From assembly GCA_963705105.1 (NCBI GenBank), contig CAVPIW010000007.1, forward strand, positions 32,001 to 96,000: a DNA stretch of 64,000 nt. Reading direction: 5' to 3'. This stretch comes from an uncultured Nitrospiraceae bacterium (GTDB lineage Bacteria > Nitrospirota > Thermodesulfovibrionia > Thermodesulfovibrionales > Dissulfurispiraceae). A program made the position numbers and the translations under genes. This document shows positions 30,822 through 44,587 of the stretch, one piece after another. The notes under the pieces were generated by a model. That model was not told the DNA's origin. It did no database searches and saw only the letters and a list, made by a program, of their open reading frames with translations. How positions within the stretch are numbered: position 1 is the first letter of the stretch; every line of letters begins with the position of its first letter.

Positions 30822-31436
30822 TTACGCACCCTTTCGAATCTCGACGATTGTGTTTTTTGAACCCGGCACGGCGCCCTCTATGAGAATGAGGTTCTGATCG
30901 GGCCTCACGTCGACGACGGTGAGCCCGCTGACGGTCACCCTTTTGTTTCCCATCTGGCCGGCCATCTTCATCCCGCGCCAGACCCGCGACGGGTAGGAGC
31001 TCGCGCCGATCGAGCCCGGCGCCCTGTTGAACATGGACCCGTGGCCGGAGGGGCCGCCCTTGAACCTGTGCCGCTTCATGACTCCCTGGAATCCCTTGCC
31101 TTTGGAGATGCCGGAAACGCTCACGACGTCACCCTTGCTGAACCGGTCCGCCGTGATGGTCTCTCCGACCTGAAGACCGCCCATCGGGAACTCCCTCAGG
31201 ACTTTACAGACCGGTGTCCCGCTTTTCTTAAAGACGCCGACGACGGGTTTCGTGACGTTCTTCTCCTTCCGGACTTCCTGGAACCCGACCTTCACAGCCT
31301 CGTACCCGTCCCGCTCCGGCGTCTTGACCTGGACGACGTGACAGGGTCCCGCCTCGACGACGGTCACAGGGATGACCTTGCCGTCCTCCGCGAAAATCTG
31401 TGTCATTCCGAGTTTTTTTCCTAAAATGCCGGTCAT
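30822..31436 (-). CDS. rplC: 50S ribosomal protein L3
   Basis: [28 protein letters not shown]. Confidence 0.98.
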   Translation of the reverse strand: MTGILGKKLGMTQIFAEDGKVIPVTVVEAGPCHVVQVKTPERDGYEAVKVGFQEVRKEKNVTKPVVGVFKKSGTPVCKVLREFPMGGLQVGETITADRFSKGDVVSVSGISKGKGFQGVMKRHRFKGGPSGHGSMFNRAPGSIGASSYPSRVWRGMKMAGQMGNKRVTVSGLTVVDVRPDQNLILIEGAVPGSKNTIVEIRKGA

Positions 31437-31738
31437 AGCTTTATCTCCACATCCACCCCGGAGGCGAGCTCCAGTTTCATGAGCGCATCGACCGTATCGG
31501 GCGTCGGATCGTATATATCGATCAACCGCTTGTGGGTCCTGATCTCGAACTGTTCCCGCGATTTCTTGTCAACGTGGGGTGACCTCAGTATTGTAAACTT
31601 GCTGATCTTCGTCGGCAGGGGAATGGGGCCTGATATGCGTGCGCCCGTCCTCTGCGCAGTATCAACAATTTCCTTGACAGATTGATCCAGCAACCTGTGG
31701 TCGTACGCCTTCAGCTTGATTCGTATTTTCTGGTTCAC
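31433..31738 (-). CDS. rpsJ: 30S ribosomal protein S10
   Basis: [28 protein letters not shown]. Confidence 0.98.
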   Translation of the reverse strand: MNQKIRIKLKAYDHRLLDQSVKEIVDTAQRTGARISGPIPLPTKISKFTILRSPHVDKKSREQFEIRTHKRLIDIYDPTPDTVDALMKLELASGVDVEIKL

Positions 31739-31743
31739 CTTGC

Positions 31744-32943
<1,200 letters not shown>

Positions 32944-32998
32944 AACTCCTCCTTGCGATCAAGCTATCTAACCTTAAATAAAATAATTATATACCGGA

Positions 32999-35077
32999 TT
33001 ACTCGCCCTTCACCTTGGCGACAATCGCATCAAGAATGTTCTTCGGGACCTCTTCGTAGTGGGAGAACTGCATGGTATACGTCGCTCTTCCCTGTGTCCG
33101 CGACCTGAGGTCCGTGGCATAGCCGAACATCTCCGAGAGGGGCACCTGGGTCCTGATCACCTGGGCGTTTCCTCTCTTCTCCATGGACTGGATCTTACCC
33201 CTCCGCGCATTGATGTCGCCGATGACGTCACCCATGTATTCCTCGGGCGTCACGACCTCGACGGCCATCACCGGCTCGAGCAGGACGACCTGCGCCTTTT
33301 TTGCCGCATCCTTGAACCCCATGGAGGCCGCGATCTTGAAGGCCATCTCGGACGAATCGACTTCATGATAGGACCCGTCGATGAGCCTCACGCGGACGTC
33401 GGTGACGGGGTAGCCGGCCAGGACTCCGCCGTCCATAGCTTCCCGGACCCCCTTTTCGACGGCCGGTATGTATTCCCTGGGGACGGATCCGCCGACGACC
33501 TTGTTTTCGAACTCGAAGCCCTCTCCCCTCTTCAGGGGCTCCACTTCAAGCCAGACATGACCGTACTGACCCCGGCCGCCGGACTGCCGGACGAACTTCG
33601 ATTCGATCCTCGCCGGGCCCTTGATCGTCTCCTTGTATGCGACCTGGGGCTTGCCGACATTGGCTCCGACCTTGAATTCCCTCATGAGCCTGTCGACGAT
33701 GATCTCGAGATGCAGCTCCCCCATGCCCGATATGATCGTCTGGCCCGTTTCCTCATTAAAGGATACTTGGAAAGACGGGTCTTCCTGGGCGAGCTTCGCC
33801 AGAGAGATGGACAGTCTCTCCTGGTCCGCCTTCGTCTTCGGCTCGATGGCGACGGAGATCACCGGTTCGGGAAACTCCATCGATTCGAGGATGATGGGGT
33901 CCTTCTCGTCGCACAGTGTGTCCCCTGTCAGGGTCTGCTTGAGACCGACAATGGCGGCGATGTCGCCCGCCCCGATCTCCTTGATCTCTTCACGCTTGTT
34001 GGCGTGCATCCGGAGGATGCGACCGATTCTCTCCTTGGCGTCCTTCGTGGAGTTGTAAATATAGGATCCCGCGGGCAGGACGCCGGAATAGACCCTTATA
34101 AACGTAAGCTGCCCCACAAAGGAGTCCGTCATGATCTTGAATGCAAGGGCTGCAAAGGGTTCATCGTCGGAGGCCCGCCTCTCGCGCTCCGTCCCGTCGA
34201 CGGGGCTTTTCCCCATGATGGGCGGCACCTCGAGCGGCGACGGCAGGTAATCGACGATGGCGTCCAGGAGAAGCTGAACACCCTTGTTCTTGAAGGCGGA
34301 GCCGCAGAAAACGGGCGTGATCTTCAGCTCGATCGTTCCCCGCCTCAGGGCGTGCCTGATTTCATCGGGCGTCACGTCTTTGCCCGATATATATTTATCC
34401 ATAATCGTTTCATCGATATCGGCGAGGGCCTCGATCATCTTTTCGCGGTAGGCCCTGGCGCTGTCGAGAAGCGAGCCGGGTATATCATCTTCTATGAACC
34501 GGGCGCCCAGCGTCTCGTCATCGAAATAAAAGGCACGCATCGTCACGAGGTCTATGGGGCCCCTGAAGGTGTCCTCCTGTCCGATGGGGATCTGGACAGG
34601 CACCGGCGAGGCGCCGAGTTTTTCGACCATGCTCGCGACGGCGGCAAAATAATCCGCCCCCACCCTGTCCATCTTGTTCATGAAGGCGATCCTCGGCACG
34701 TCGTACTTGCTGGCCTGCCTCCAGACCGTCTCCGATTGGGGCTCCACGCCGGCAACGGCATCGAAAACCGCAACGGCGCCGTCGAGCACCCTGAGCGACC
34801 TTTCCACTTCTATGGTGAAGTCCACGTGACCGGGCGTGTCGATGATGTTGATGACGTGGTCCTTCCAGGAACAGGTCGTCGCCGCGGAGGTTATGGTGAT
34901 GCCCCGCTCCTGCTCCTGCGGCATCCAGTCCATGACGGCGGTGCCCTCATGGACCTCCCCGATCTTGTATGTTACGCCTGTATAGAAGAGGACGCGCTCC
35001 GTCGTCGTCGTCTTGCCCGCATCGATGTGGGCCATGATGCCGATATTCCGCGTTCTCTCCAGTGGGAACCGTGACAT
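32999..35077 (-). CDS. fusA: Elongation factor G
   Basis: [33 protein letters not shown]. Confidence 0.99.
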   Translation of the reverse strand: MSRFPLERTRNIGIMAHIDAGKTTTTERVLFYTGVTYKIGEVHEGTAVMDWMPQEQERGITITSAATTCSWKDHVINIIDTPGHVDFTIEVERSLRVLDGAVAVFDAVAGVEPQSETVWRQASKYDVPRIAFMNKMDRVGADYFAAVASMVEKLGASPVPVQIPIGQEDTFRGPIDLVTMRAFYFDDETLGARFIEDDIPGSLLDSARAYREKMIEALADIDETIMDKYISGKDVTPDEIRHALRRGTIELKITPVFCGSAFKNKGVQLLLDAIVDYLPSPLEVPPIMGKSPVDGTERERRASDDEPFAALAFKIMTDSFVGQLTFIRVYSGVLPAGSYIYNSTKDAKERIGRILRMHANKREEIKEIGAGDIAAIVGLKQTLTGDTLCDEKDPIILESMEFPEPVISVAIEPKTKADQERLSISLAKLAQEDPSFQVSFNEETGQTIISGMGELHLEIIVDRLMREFKVGANVGKPQVAYKETIKGPARIESKFVRQSGGRGQYGHVWLEVEPLKRGEGFEFENKVVGGSVPREYIPAVEKGVREAMDGGVLAGYPVTDVRVRLIDGSYHEVDSSEMAFKIAASMGFKDAAKKAQVVLLEPVMAVEVVTPEEYMGDVIGDINARRGKIQSMEKRGNAQVIRTQVPLSEMFGYATDLRSRTQGRATYTMQFSHYEEVPKNILDAIVAKVKGE

Positions 35078-35092
35078 GAAAAATGAATCTCC

Positions 35093-35563
35093 TTACCACC
35101 TGTAATGAGCGAAGGCCCTGTTCGCCTCGGCCATCTTGTGGGTGTCCTCTTTTTTCTTTATCGAGGAGCCCGTATTGTTAAAGGCATCGAGGAGTTCTCC
35201 GGCAAGGCGCTCGACCATGGTCTTCTCCTTGCGGGCCCGGGAATAACTGATGACCCACCGGAGCGCAAGGGCGACCTTCCGCTGGGGTTTGACCTCCATC
35301 GGCACCTGGTAGGTTGCACCTCCCACCCTCCTGGGCCTGACCTCGAGGATAGGCTTGACGTTCTCCATGGCGGTCTTGAACGCCTTGAGCGCATCCTGAC
35401 CCGTCTTGTCCCGGAGAATGTCAAAGGCGCCATAGCATATCCGCTCGGCCGTCGCCTTTTTGCCGTCCTTCAGGATGACGCTGATGAACCTGCTCACCAG
35501 CTTGCTGTTGTACTTGGGATCCGGTAAGATCTCCCTTTTCTCCGCTACCCTTCTTCTTGCCAT
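35093..35563 (-). CDS. rpsG: 30S ribosomal protein S7
   Basis: [23 protein letters not shown]. Confidence 0.98.
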   Translation of the reverse strand: MARRRVAEKREILPDPKYNSKLVSRFISVILKDGKKATAERICYGAFDILRDKTGQDALKAFKTAMENVKPILEVRPRRVGGATYQVPMEVKPQRKVALALRWVISYSRARKEKTMVERLAGELLDAFNNTGSSIKKKEDTHKMAEANRAFAHYRW

Positions 35564-35599
35564 AATATCCTACTCCAGCTCTCTTTCGTGAACGTTCCG

Positions 35600-35971
35600 T
35601 TACTTCGGCCTTTTCGCCCCGTACTTCGACCGGCCCTGTCTCCTGTTGGTGACACCTGCACAGTCCAGCGTCCCTCTCAGTATGTGATACCGCACACCGG
35701 GAAGGTCCTTCACTCTTCCGCCCCGGATGAGAACGATCGAGTGCTCCTGGAGGTTGTGGCCCACGCCGGGAATGTAGGAGGTCACTTCCATGCCGTTCGT
35801 CAGCCTCACCCTCGCGACCTTCCGCAGAGCCGAGTTCGGCTTTTTCGGCGTCGTCGTATAGACCCTGACGCAGACCCCGCGCTTCTGCGGGCAGTTCTTC
35901 AGGGCCGGGCTTTTCGTCTTGTTCTCTATCCTTTTCCGTCCTCTCTTAATGAGCTGTGCAATTGTCGGCAC
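35600..35971 (-). CDS. rpsL: 30S ribosomal protein S12
   Basis: [23 protein letters not shown]. Confidence 0.99.
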   Translation of the reverse strand: MPTIAQLIKRGRKRIENKTKSPALKNCPQKRGVCVRVYTTTPKKPNSALRKVARVRLTNGMEVTSYIPGVGHNLQEHSIVLIRGGRVKDLPGVRYHILRGTLDCAGVTNRRQGRSKYGAKRPK

Positions 35972-36033
35972 ATTCCCTCCAGTTCTTCCTTGAGATCAGT
36001 GTACAGTGAAAAAGCAAAATTGTCGAAAGAAGA

Positions 36034-36062
36034 ATACTACCAGACCGGGCGGGTTTTGTCAA
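36034..36062 (-). promoter_or_regulatory. Sigma-70 promoter of the str/S10 operon
   Basis: TTGACA-17 nt-TAGTAT on the minus strand, with TG extended -10. Confidence 0.7.
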
Positions 36063-36121
36063 GCTTTCTCCATGAAACGTCTGGGGAATCTCTTCTCGCG
36101 GCGGCGGGAAATGCCGGGAAA

Positions 36122-36151
36122 TTGACAAAGGACTCCCTGAACGTTTACACT
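36122..36151 (+). promoter_or_regulatory. Sigma-70 promoter of tig-clpP-clpX
   Basis: TTGACA-18 nt-TACACT. Confidence 0.6.
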
Positions 36152-36200
36152 GAAATGATTAAAAATCAAGCAGCTAACTGATCAGCTGGAGGAGGAACCC

Positions 36201-37448
36201 TTGTTAAAGGCTCTCGAGGACATATCGGCAACGAAGAAAAGGCTGAAAATAGAGATTCCCGCGGACCGTATCGAGAAGGAGATCAGGACGGCGCTTCTGG
36301 ACGTCCAGAGGCGATCGAGGATACCCGGGTTCAGGCCTGGCAAGGCGCCGATGAGCATTATAGAGCGGAAATTCGGCAAGACGGTGGAATCGGAGGTGCT
36401 GGAGAAGATCGTCCCCGAACATTATATGATGGCCCTCAAGGAAGCCGACGTCGTCCCCGTCGCCGAACCGGTCGTGGACGAGTCGACACCCTATGAAAAG
36501 GATGTCCCCATGTCCATGACGCTCACCGTCGAGGTGAGGCCGAAGATCGAGGACCTCTCCTACGAGGGGATCGCCGTGACAGACATGCCCCAGGACGTCG
36601 CCGATGAAGAGGTTCAGGCGGCCCTGCAACGCCTTGCCGAGGAGAAGGCCTCCTACGAGCCCGTCGACGAGCCGGTCGCGCCGGGAGATCTCGTGACGGT
36701 CGACTACACCGTTGCCGATGAAGGGACGGTCACAAAAGACACGGTCATCAAGATCGGCAGCGGTCCCTATCCCCAGGAGTTCTTCGACGGTCTCATCGGA
36801 AAGAGAAAAGATGAAAGGACTGACGTTGAAGCGTCATTCCCCGACGACTCGCCGACCCCCTTTGCCGGGAAAAGGGTCCGGTTTGATATCACCGTCAAGG
36901 ATGTAAAGAGAAGGGACGTCCCGCCCCACGACGACGAACTGGCGAAAGACCTCGGCATGGAGACGATCGATCAACTGAAGGAGAGGGTGAGGGAAAACAT
37001 ACTCGCTTCGAAGGGCAGGTCCGAAGAGGGGAGGAAGAAAAGGCAGATCCTCGATGCCCTTCTCGGGAAGCACGATCTGGAAGTGCCCGAGGGCGTCCTC
37101 AATGCGAGGATCGAGGGCATCATCGCCGAAATGAGGGCCAAGAGCAATGACGAGAGGCCCGACGAGGCCCTGCGGGAGGAGATCAGGCCGGACATGGAAA
37201 AGAGCATGAAGGCATCGATCATCCTCGAACTGATTGCCGAGCGCGAGGGCATCAAGGTCACGGACGATGACATGAAAATGGAGATCCTCACGCTCTCACA
37301 GGCATACTACATGACGCCGGAAAACATCATGAAATACTATATGGCCCGTGACGGCTCCCTCGAGGGGCTGAAACGGACCCTGCTCGAGCGCAAGACGCTC
37401 GACTTGCTCCTCGGAAAGGCCACAGTCGAAAAAGGAGAACAGGCATGA
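36201..37448 (+). CDS. tig: Trigger factor
   Basis: [10 protein letters not shown] ribosome-binding signature; upstream of clpP. Confidence 0.95.
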   Translation: MLKALEDISATKKRLKIEIPADRIEKEIRTALLDVQRRSRIPGFRPGKAPMSIIERKFGKTVESEVLEKIVPEHYMMALKEADVVPVAEPVVDESTPYEKDVPMSMTLTVEVRPKIEDLSYEGIAVTDMPQDVADEEVQAALQRLAEEKASYEPVDEPVAPGDLVTVDYTVADEGTVTKDTVIKIGSGPYPQEFFDGLIGKRKDERTDVEASFPDDSPTPFAGKRVRFDITVKDVKRRDVPPHDDELAKDLGMETIDQLKERVRENILASKGRSEEGRKKRQILDALLGKHDLEVPEGVLNARIEGIIAEMRAKSNDERPDEALREEIRPDMEKSMKASIILELIAEREGIKVTDDDMKMEILTLSQAYYMTPENIMKYYMARDGSLEGLKRTLLERKTLDLLLGKATVEKGEQA

Positions 37449-38059
37449 GTATCGTTCCAATTGTTATAGAACAGACGGGCAGGACGGAAAGAGTCTACGA
37501 CATCTACTCGAGGCTCCTCAAGGACAGGATCATCTTCATCGGCATGGGGATAGACGACATGGTCGCCAACGTCGTGATCGCCCAGCTCCTCTTTCTCCAG
37601 ACCGAAGAGCCGGATAAGGACATCCATATCTATATCAACTCTCCCGGCGGCATCGTGTCGGCGGGGCTCGCCATCTATGACACGATGCAGTATGTGAAAC
37701 CGGACATAGCGACGTACTGCATCGGCCAGGCCGCGAGCATGGGGGCACTCCTCCTGTGCGCCGGCACGGCGGGCAAGAGATTCGCCCTGCCCCACTCACG
37801 CATCATGATCCACCAGCCCATCGGCGGTTTCTACGGCCAGGCGACGGACGTGGAGATCCATGCCCGCGAAGTGCTGAAAATGAAGGAGACCCTCAACAGG
37901 ATCCTCTCGAAGCATACGTCCCAGCCCTACGAGAAGATCCAGGCGGACACGGAGAGGGACTTCTTCATGTCCGGCGTGGACGCAAAGAATTACGGGCTTG
38001 TCGACGACGTCATCGCCTCACTCAAAGAACAGCGGAAAAAAAGCGACGACGGGAAATGA
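37445..38059 (+). CDS. clpP: Clp protease proteolytic subunit
   Basis: [34 protein letters not shown]. Confidence 0.98.
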   Translation: MSIVPIVIEQTGRTERVYDIYSRLLKDRIIFIGMGIDDMVANVVIAQLLFLQTEEPDKDIHIYINSPGGIVSAGLAIYDTMQYVKPDIATYCIGQAASMGALLLCAGTAGKRFALPHSRIMIHQPIGGFYGQATDVEIHAREVLKMKETLNRILSKHTSQPYEKIQADTERDFFMSGVDAKNYGLVDDVIASLKEQRKKSDDGK

Positions 38060-38078
38060 GTCCGAACGGGAGGGATGA

Positions 38079-39320
38079 ATGCCGAGAAAATCAAATGAAA
38101 ACACCCTGAGGTGCTCTTTCTGCGGAAAAGGCCAGGACGAGGTAAAAAAGCTCATCGCGGGACCCATGGTGTATATCTGTGACGAGTGCGTCGGCCTCTG
38201 CAACGAGATCATCGACGAGGAACGCCACATCTCCGACAGGGAGCTCGCGAAAAGGCTCCCGACGCCGTCTGAAATCCATGCATTCCTGAATGATTATGTC
38301 ATCGGCCAGGAGAGGGCGAAGAGGATCCTCTCCGTCGCCGTGCATAACCATTATAAGAGGATCCAGAGCTCGCCCAAGTCCGACATCGAGCTCCAGAAGA
38401 GCAACATCCTTCTCATCGGCCGGACAGGGACGGGAAAGACGCTCATCGCCCAGACACTGGCCCGTTATCTTGATGTCCCCTTTACGATCGCCGACGCGAC
38501 GACGCTCACCGAGGCCGGGTACGTAGGGGAAGACGTCGAAAACGTCCTCCTCAAGCTGCTCCAGTCGGCAAACTACGATGTCGAGAGGGCCCAGAAGGGC
38601 ATCATCTATATAGACGAGATCGACAAGATCAGCAGGAAGTCGGACAGTCCGTCCATCACGAGGGACGTGTCGGGAGAAGGCGTCCAGCAGGCGCTCCTGA
38701 AGATCATCGAAGGCACCGTTGCAAACATTCCGCCCCAGGGCGGCAGAAAACACCCGCAGCAGGAGTACATCCAGGTCGATACGACGAATATCCTCTTTCT
38801 CTGCGGCGGCGCCTTCGTGGGGCTCGACGCGATCATCGAAAAGAGGATCGGAAAGAGGAGCATCGGCTTCGGCTCGGACATGGCTGTCCCGCAGGTGAAG
38901 AAATCCGACAACTCCTTCAGCCTCGTGGAGCCGGAAGATCTCATCAAGTTCGGCATGATCCCCGAATTCGTCGGCAGGCTTCCCGTCGTCGCGACCCTGG
39001 AAGAGCTGGATGAGGCGGCCCTCGTGAAAATCCTGACGGAGCCGAAAAACGCCCTCGTGAAGCAGTACCAGAAGCTCTTCGCCCTTGACGATGTGCGGCT
39101 GAAATTCTCCGAGAGCGCGCTGACGGCCATTGCGCGGAAGGCCATCGACCGCAAGTCGGGGGCGCGGGGGCTCAGGGCGATCCTCGAGGACATCATGCTT
39201 GACATCATGTATGAGATCCCGTCGATGAGAGGGGTCTCGGAGTGCGTCATCAGCGAAGATGTGGTCATGAAAAAGGAAACGCCGATTATTGCCTACGGAA
39301 AACAGGCCGAATCGGCGTAA
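38079..39320 (+). CDS. clpX: Clp protease ATPase ClpX
   Basis: CSFCGK zinc finger, G.TGTGKT, DEIDKI, RKHP, IGF loop, GARGLR. Confidence 0.98.
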   Translation: MPRKSNENTLRCSFCGKGQDEVKKLIAGPMVYICDECVGLCNEIIDEERHISDRELAKRLPTPSEIHAFLNDYVIGQERAKRILSVAVHNHYKRIQSSPKSDIELQKSNILLIGRTGTGKTLIAQTLARYLDVPFTIADATTLTEAGYVGEDVENVLLKLLQSANYDVERAQKGIIYIDEIDKISRKSDSPSITRDVSGEGVQQALLKIIEGTVANIPPQGGRKHPQQEYIQVDTTNILFLCGGAFVGLDAIIEKRIGKRSIGFGSDMAVPQVKKSDNSFSLVEPEDLIKFGMIPEFVGRLPVVATLEELDEAALVKILTEPKNALVKQYQKLFALDDVRLKFSESALTAIARKAIDRKSGARGLRAILEDIMLDIMYEIPSMRGVSECVISEDVVMKKETPIIAYGKQAESA

Positions 39321-39324
39321 GAAA

Positions 39325-39360
39325 AGTGTCAGTGACAGTGTGAGTGTCAGTGTGAGTCTG
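39325..39360. repeat. Hexamer tandem array, 6 units
   Basis: agtgtc agtgac agtgtg agtgtc agtgtg agtctg, directly after the clpX stop. Confidence 0.9.
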
Positions 39361-39407
39361 CAATAAGTCAGGGGCCTTTGCGACCATTTGAACTGACGAC
39401 TGCTTTT

Positions 39408-39621
39408 ACCTATCGTTGCAACATGACATCCGGAAAGGCGGGGCGTATGCACCGAAAACCTTGCTGCGGCGACACCTGTATCAAAACGAAAGACGACCTG
39501 TACGCCTATGGTCGATGATACAAAGAGTGGAATCCTGAAACACAAACCTGACGAGGCGTATCGTCGCCTTCAGCAAGGCTTTGAGGAGCTTCGCCCCGCC
39601 TTTCTACGCAACTACTAAGGT
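39408..39621 (+). mobile_element. 214-bp MITE, copy 3 (TT/TT flanks)
   Basis: ACCTATCGTTGCA..GAAAGGCGGGGCG ... CGCCCCGCCTTTC..GCAACTACTAAGGT; lies between convergent clpX and dciA. Confidence 0.85.
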
Positions 39622-39631
39622 TTACTGCCAC

Positions 39632-40093
39632 TCACACTTTCTTTTTATGCGTGAGCGCCTTTTCGACGGCCGAGCGGATCGCATCCCGGACGCCGGGGTC
39701 GGGAATGGCGCAGACCGTTTTTTCCACCCACGCCTTGTCGGCTTCGTGAAGCTTTGCTCTCTCTTCATTCTCCATGCCTGACGGCATGCGCCGCGAATGT
39801 CCCCTGCCTTTTTGACGGGGAAGGGACCCGTATTTCAACTTCACCGAGCGGACAGCATAGCTTTGAAGACGCTCCGCGATCGTGGTCCTGTGAAATTTAA
39901 GTTCCTGTAGCCAGGCAGGGGAATCGACGAGAAGCAGCAACTCGCCCTCTGTCAGGTCAACGGGGAAGGTGTGTGACGGGATGGGAGGGCCGAGCAGACC
40001 GGGCCAGTCGCGCTGCAACCGCAACAGGCTGACACCCTCTTCAATTCCGAGGTTCTTTAAGAATTGGTCGAGAAGGGAGCCGACAGGTCTCAC
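39632..40093 (-). CDS. DUF721/DciA-family protein
   Basis: W..LLG..I..HT.P..L..G.L...VDSPAW.QEL pattern; GTG start at 40093 assumed. Confidence 0.75.
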   Translation of the reverse strand: MRPVGSLLDQFLKNLGIEEGVSLLRLQRDWPGLLGPPIPSHTFPVDLTEGELLLLVDSPAWLQELKFHRTTIAERLQSYAVRSVKLKYGSLPRQKGRGHSRRMPSGMENEERAKLHEADKAWVEKTVCAIPDPGVRDAIRSAVEKALTHKKKV

Positions 40094-40167
40094 GGCGATG
40101 CGGGGTTTCCGCCAACAACAGCAGGAGGGTGAGGGATCAGGCCCTGCACCCGGAAAAACAGCGGAGT

Positions 40168-40356
40168 CTAAACGGCCTTGACGACCTTGTTCGAGCGGAT
40201 GCACCGCGTGCAGACATATTCCCTCCTGACCCCGCTCTTCGTCGAAATCCTGATCCTCTGTATGTTCGGGAAAATGACTCTCTTCGTCTTGTTATTTGCG
40301 TGGCTGACGTTCTGACCGACGGTCCTGGTCTTTCCGCATACAACACAGCTTGCCAT
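40168..40356 (-). CDS. rpmB: 50S ribosomal protein L28
   Basis: [27 protein letters not shown]. Confidence 0.96.
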   Translation of the reverse strand: MASCVVCGKTRTVGQNVSHANNKTKRVIFPNIQRIRISTKSGVRREYVCTRCIRSNKVVKAV

Positions 40357-40551
40357 GGATCCTCCTCTAAAAGAGAACGGGGCCGGCGGAAAAGACAGAC
40401 CGTGCCGGCACCGGATCATCAAAAAGTTGCAGCACCGGAACGGTGCTGTTCATTGAAATATTAAAGTTCAATATGATAACATGAAAAGATATTTCTTACA
40501 AGGTCTTTGTGGTGAACAACAAACTGGTCCGTATCCGGGGGGAAACTATAG

Positions 40552-42909
40552 ATGTCAATCAATGATATAAAAAGCACTGAGTTAGCGAAAGAGCTTGGCG
40601 TGAAAGCCACGGAAGTGGTTCGGATTCTCGGGGAGCTCAGGGGAATTGAATACAAGAAGGGCACGACGAATCTGAAACTCAGTGCTGAAGAGGCCGGGAG
40701 AATCAGGGAGGCCATGGGCAGAGCGCCTGTGGCGCCTGAACGGGTCGAGCCCGTTCCTTCCCAGCGCCCCCCTCAGCCCGTGCCCGGTGAACCTTCGGCG
40801 AAGAGACCGGTGGAAAAGCCCGTTGCCGTGCCCGTGAGAGAGCCGGAGCCGCCCCTGCAGGCTGAAGAGCCTGACGTCGAGGCCGTCGGGCCGGAGACCG
40901 TCACTGCAGAGGAGGCTGTCCAACCCCCCGTCGGTCCGGAAGAAGAGGTCGAGAGCAAGGTTCCCGACCGTTTCAAGAAGGACATCGTGTTCGAGAAAGT
41001 CGAGAAGATCAAGGTAAAACCGACGATGCAGAAGGCCTTTCAGGCGATCAAGAAGATCGAGCCGAAACGCTGGGTCGATCAGAAAGGCCAAAGGAAGCCG
41101 AAGGACCGCTTCCGGAGGCCCGAACCCCTGCAGCCCACTCCCATCACGGCCCCCCGCAGGAAGTCCCTGAAACTCGGAGAAGGCACGACGGTCAAGGAGT
41201 TTGCCGAACTGATCGGCCACAAGATCCCCGAGGTCATCAAGAAATTCATGGATCTCGGTTACATGCCGAACATCAACCAGCCCGTCGACACCGATGCGGC
41301 AATGCTCGTCGCGGACAGTTTCGGCGTCAAAGTGGAGCCTTTCACAGCGGAGCAGGCGGAAGTCGCCGAAGAGGTCGTGGAGCAGACTGAGGACCTCCAG
41401 CCGAGGCCGCCCGTCGTCACCATCATGGGCCATGTCGATCACGGCAAGACATCGCTTCTCGACGCGATCCGCGAGGCGAGAGTGACGGAAACGGAATTCG
41501 GGGGTATAACGCAGCACATCGGAGCGTACAAGATCACCCTCCAGGGCAAGGATATCACCTTCCTCGACACGCCCGGTCACGAGGCGTTTACAGCCCTCAG
41601 GGCCCGGGGCGCAAAAGTGACGGACATCGTCGTCCTCGTCGTCGCCGCCGATGACGGGGTGATGCCGCAGACCGTCGAGGCGATCAACCATGCCAAAGCC
41701 GCCAACGTCGCAATACTCGTGGCGATCAACAAGATCGACAAGGAGGAGGCGAATCCCGGCAAAGTGAAGAACGAGCTTGCGGAACACGGCGTCGTTTCCG
41801 AGGAGTGGGGCGGTCAGAACATCTTCGTCGAAGTCTCCGCGAAGAAGAGAATCGGTATCGAGCACCTCCTGGAGATGATCCTCCTGCAGGCCGAAATCCT
41901 GGAATTGAAGGCGAACCCGAACAAACCGGCCAAGGGGACCATCATCGAGGCGAAACTCGACAAGGGCAGGGGACCCGTCGCAACGGTCCTGATCCAGTCG
42001 GGAAGCCTGAAGATCGGCGACGCCTTTGTCGCCGGCACGGCATCGGGAAGAGTCCGCGCGCTCATCGACGACGCCGGCAAAAAGATCACGTCCGGGGGGC
42101 CGTCCGCGCCCGTCGAGGTGATCGGCTTTTCAGAGGTGCCGACGGCGGGAGACATCTTCAGCTCTGTCGAGGACGAGAAAAAAGCCCGTCAGATCGCCCT
42201 TGCGAGACTGCATAAACAGAGACTGGCCGAGATCGCCGTCCGGAGGAAACTCACCCTCGACGAGTTGTACGCGAAAATAAAGGAAGGGCAGATCAGGGAC
42301 CTGAATATCATCATCAAGGGTGACGTCCAGGGATCCGTCGAAGCGATCAAGCAGTCCCTCGAGGATATTCACCACCCTGACGTCAAGGTCCGTGTCATCC
42401 ACACATCCGTCGGAGGCATCAACGAATCCGACGTCATGCTCGCCTCCGCCTCCAACGCGATCGTCATCGGCTTCAACGTCAGGCCTGAACTGAAGGCGTC
42501 GCAGATCGCCGAGAAGGAAGGCGTCGATGTCAGACTCTACAATGTGATCTACGAGGCGATCGAAGACGTCAAGAAGGCCCTTGAGGGACTCCTTGAACCG
42601 ACTCTCAAGGAAAAGATCCTAGGCAGGGCGCAAGTGCGCCAGACCTTCCAGATCTCGAGGATCGGCACGATCGCCGGCTGCTATGTCATCGACGGCGTCA
42701 TCCAGCGTGCCAGCGACGGCATCCGGGTCATCAGGGACAACATCGTCATTTACGACGGGAAAGTCTCCTCCCTCAAGAGATTCAAGGAGGATGTCCGGGA
42801 GGTCCAGACGGGCTACGAGTGCGGCATCATGGTCGAGAACTTCAATGACCTCAAGATGGGCGACATCCTTGAGGATTACGTCATCGAGAAGATCGCGGCG
42901 AAACTGTAA
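40552..42909 (+). CDS. infB: Translation initiation factor IF-2
   Basis: [39 protein letters not shown]. Confidence 0.98.
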   Translation: MSINDIKSTELAKELGVKATEVVRILGELRGIEYKKGTTNLKLSAEEAGRIREAMGRAPVAPERVEPVPSQRPPQPVPGEPSAKRPVEKPVAVPVREPEPPLQAEEPDVEAVGPETVTAEEAVQPPVGPEEEVESKVPDRFKKDIVFEKVEKIKVKPTMQKAFQAIKKIEPKRWVDQKGQRKPKDRFRRPEPLQPTPITAPRRKSLKLGEGTTVKEFAELIGHKIPEVIKKFMDLGYMPNINQPVDTDAAMLVADSFGVKVEPFTAEQAEVAEEVVEQTEDLQPRPPVVTIMGHVDHGKTSLLDAIREARVTETEFGGITQHIGAYKITLQGKDITFLDTPGHEAFTALRARGAKVTDIVVLVVAADDGVMPQTVEAINHAKAANVAILVAINKIDKEEANPGKVKNELAEHGVVSEEWGGQNIFVEVSAKKRIGIEHLLEMILLQAEILELKANPNKPAKGTIIEAKLDKGRGPVATVLIQSGSLKIGDAFVAGTASGRVRALIDDAGKKITSGGPSAPVEVIGFSEVPTAGDIFSSVEDEKKARQIALARLHKQRLAEIAVRRKLTLDELYAKIKEGQIRDLNIIIKGDVQGSVEAIKQSLEDIHHPDVKVRVIHTSVGGINESDVMLASASNAIVIGFNVRPELKASQIAEKEGVDVRLYNVIYEAIEDVKKALEGLLEPTLKEKILGRAQVRQTFQISRIGTIAGCYVIDGVIQRASDGIRVIRDNIVIYDGKVSSLKRFKEDVREVQTGYECGIMVENFNDLKMGDILEDYVIEKIAAKL

Positions 42910-43012
42910 ACCTGACAGCCGCCGGTGTTCCTGCCGCCGGGCCCGGAGCCGCATCTCCATCTGCTGATGTTCTCCCTTCGCACATGTTCACCACATCTCA
43001 GGAGACGATACC

Positions 43013-43360
43013 GTGCATCCCTATAAACGGTCCCAGAGACTGAACATCCTTCTCCGCGAGGAGATCGCCGATATCATCATGAGGAGGCTGAAGGACCCCC
43101 GCCTCGGCTTCGTCACCGTCACCGACGTCGAACTCGCCGAAGACATCAAGACGGCGAAGGTCTTCGTGAGCATCTTCAACGAGCAGGAGCGCGAGCTGAC
43201 CCTTGAGATCCTCAATGGGGCGAAGGGCCTGATCCGTAGTGAAATATCGAAACGGGTGCGGGTAAAATTCATTCCCGTCCTGACCTTTCTCGTCGACGAG
43301 TCCGCCGAGCGTGGCAGCAGGGTGGACAGACTGCTGAAGGAGATACGTGACAAGACATGA
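43013..43360 (+). CDS. rbfA: Ribosome-binding factor A
   Basis: KDPRLGFVTVTDV, P.L.F..DES. Confidence 0.95.
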   Translation: MHPYKRSQRLNILLREEIADIIMRRLKDPRLGFVTVTDVELAEDIKTAKVFVSIFNEQERELTLEILNGAKGLIRSEISKRVRVKFIPVLTFLVDESAERGSRVDRLLKEIRDKT

Positions 43361-44325
43361 TCCCTCCTGACGAGCTTTTACACGCGCTGCGCCGGGAAGA
43401 CCGCTTCTCGATCATAACCCACATCAGCCCCGATGGCGACGGCCTCGGATCGGCCCTTGCTCTTGCCGCCGCCCTCGATCAGGCGGGAAAGGAAACGGCC
43501 GTCTATTGCAGGGATGCCGTGCCGCAGCAGTACCGCTTTCTCCCCCGGTGGGAGGCCTTCCGGCCCATGGATGATGTCACCGACTTTCAAACACTGGTCC
43601 TCGTTGACTGCAACGACCTCGACCGCATCGGCATCGCCAAAGGACAGGCCGGGAACATCACCTTCCGCTCCTCCATCGTCATCGATCACCACGAAAGCGA
43701 ACGCCCCTTCGGCGATATCCGGTGGATAGAACCCAATGCAGCGGCGACGGGCATGATGATCGAACGGCTTATCCATGCTCTCGGGCTGACGATCAACAGG
43801 GATATGGCCCTCAGCCTCTATACGGCAATCATCGTTGACACGGGAAATTTCCGCTACGAGAACACCACGGGCGAGGTGCTGACGACGGCGGCGAGGCTCG
43901 TCGAGGCCGGCGCTGAACCCCATCTCATTGTGAGCGAAGTGTTCGACTCCTGGACGGAAGGCAGGTTCAGGCTTTTCATCGAAGTCCTGGGGACGCTCGA
44001 AATCCTGGACGACGTCGCCTTCATGACGGTCACGCAGGAGATGCTCAGGAAGACGAAAACATCCGTGTCGGATGTGGAGACCTTCGTCTCCTTCCCTAAA
44101 ATTCTCCGGAATGTCAAAACGGCAGTGCTTCTCAGGGAAATGGACGACGGCGCGTACAAGGTCAGCCTGAGATCGAAGAACGCCGTCAACGTCGCGAAGA
44201 TCGCCGAGACCCTCGGGGGAGGCGGCCACAAAAACGCTGCGGGGTGCAAGATCAGGGATGATGCCGCGACGTCACGGGAGAGGCTCTTTCAGCTGATACG
44301 CTCTTCAGCCCGCGCCCCGAAATAG
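43357..44325 (+). CDS. DHH/DHHA1 phosphoesterase (NrnA-like nanoRNase/PAP phosphatase)
   Basis: H.SPDGD, IDHH, DTGNF, SLRS, GGGH..AAG. Confidence 0.92.
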   Translation: MIPPDELLHALRREDRFSIITHISPDGDGLGSALALAAALDQAGKETAVYCRDAVPQQYRFLPRWEAFRPMDDVTDFQTLVLVDCNDLDRIGIAKGQAGNITFRSSIVIDHHESERPFGDIRWIEPNAAATGMMIERLIHALGLTINRDMALSLYTAIIVDTGNFRYENTTGEVLTTAARLVEAGAEPHLIVSEVFDSWTEGRFRLFIEVLGTLEILDDVAFMTVTQEMLRKTKTSVSDVETFVSFPKILRNVKTAVLLREMDDGAYKVSLRSKNAVNVAKIAETLGGGGHKNAAGCKIRDDAATSRERLFQLIRSSARAPK

Positions 44326-44333
44326 CATGAGGG

Positions 44334-44552
44334 CTAATCGAGATTTCTCAGTTCCTCCGTCTTCAGGTTATAGACGGCGTCGTAGACAGCCTGTTCCGCG
44401 GAATCAAAGGGTCTGCGCTCCAGAACACTCCGAAAAGCGAGTTCTCCGGCAATCTCCTCTATTAGGCTTTCGGTGGGTTTGTTCCATTCAAAGTCTTTCC
44501 GCGCATCCAGAATAGCCATCATCTCGATCTCAGCCCTCCTCTTCGCGTCCAC
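44334..44552 (-). CDS. Hypothetical protein, 72 aa
   Basis: GTG start with GGAGG RBS; same strand as, and 36 bp after, the nucleotidyltransferase gene. Confidence 0.6.
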   Translation of the reverse strand: MDAKRRAEIEMMAILDARKDFEWNKPTESLIEEIAGELAFRSVLERRPFDSAEQAVYDAVYNLKTEELRNLD

Positions 44553-44587
44553 TTCAATCCTCCGCCTGTTAACCTTTTGCCCTTAGC

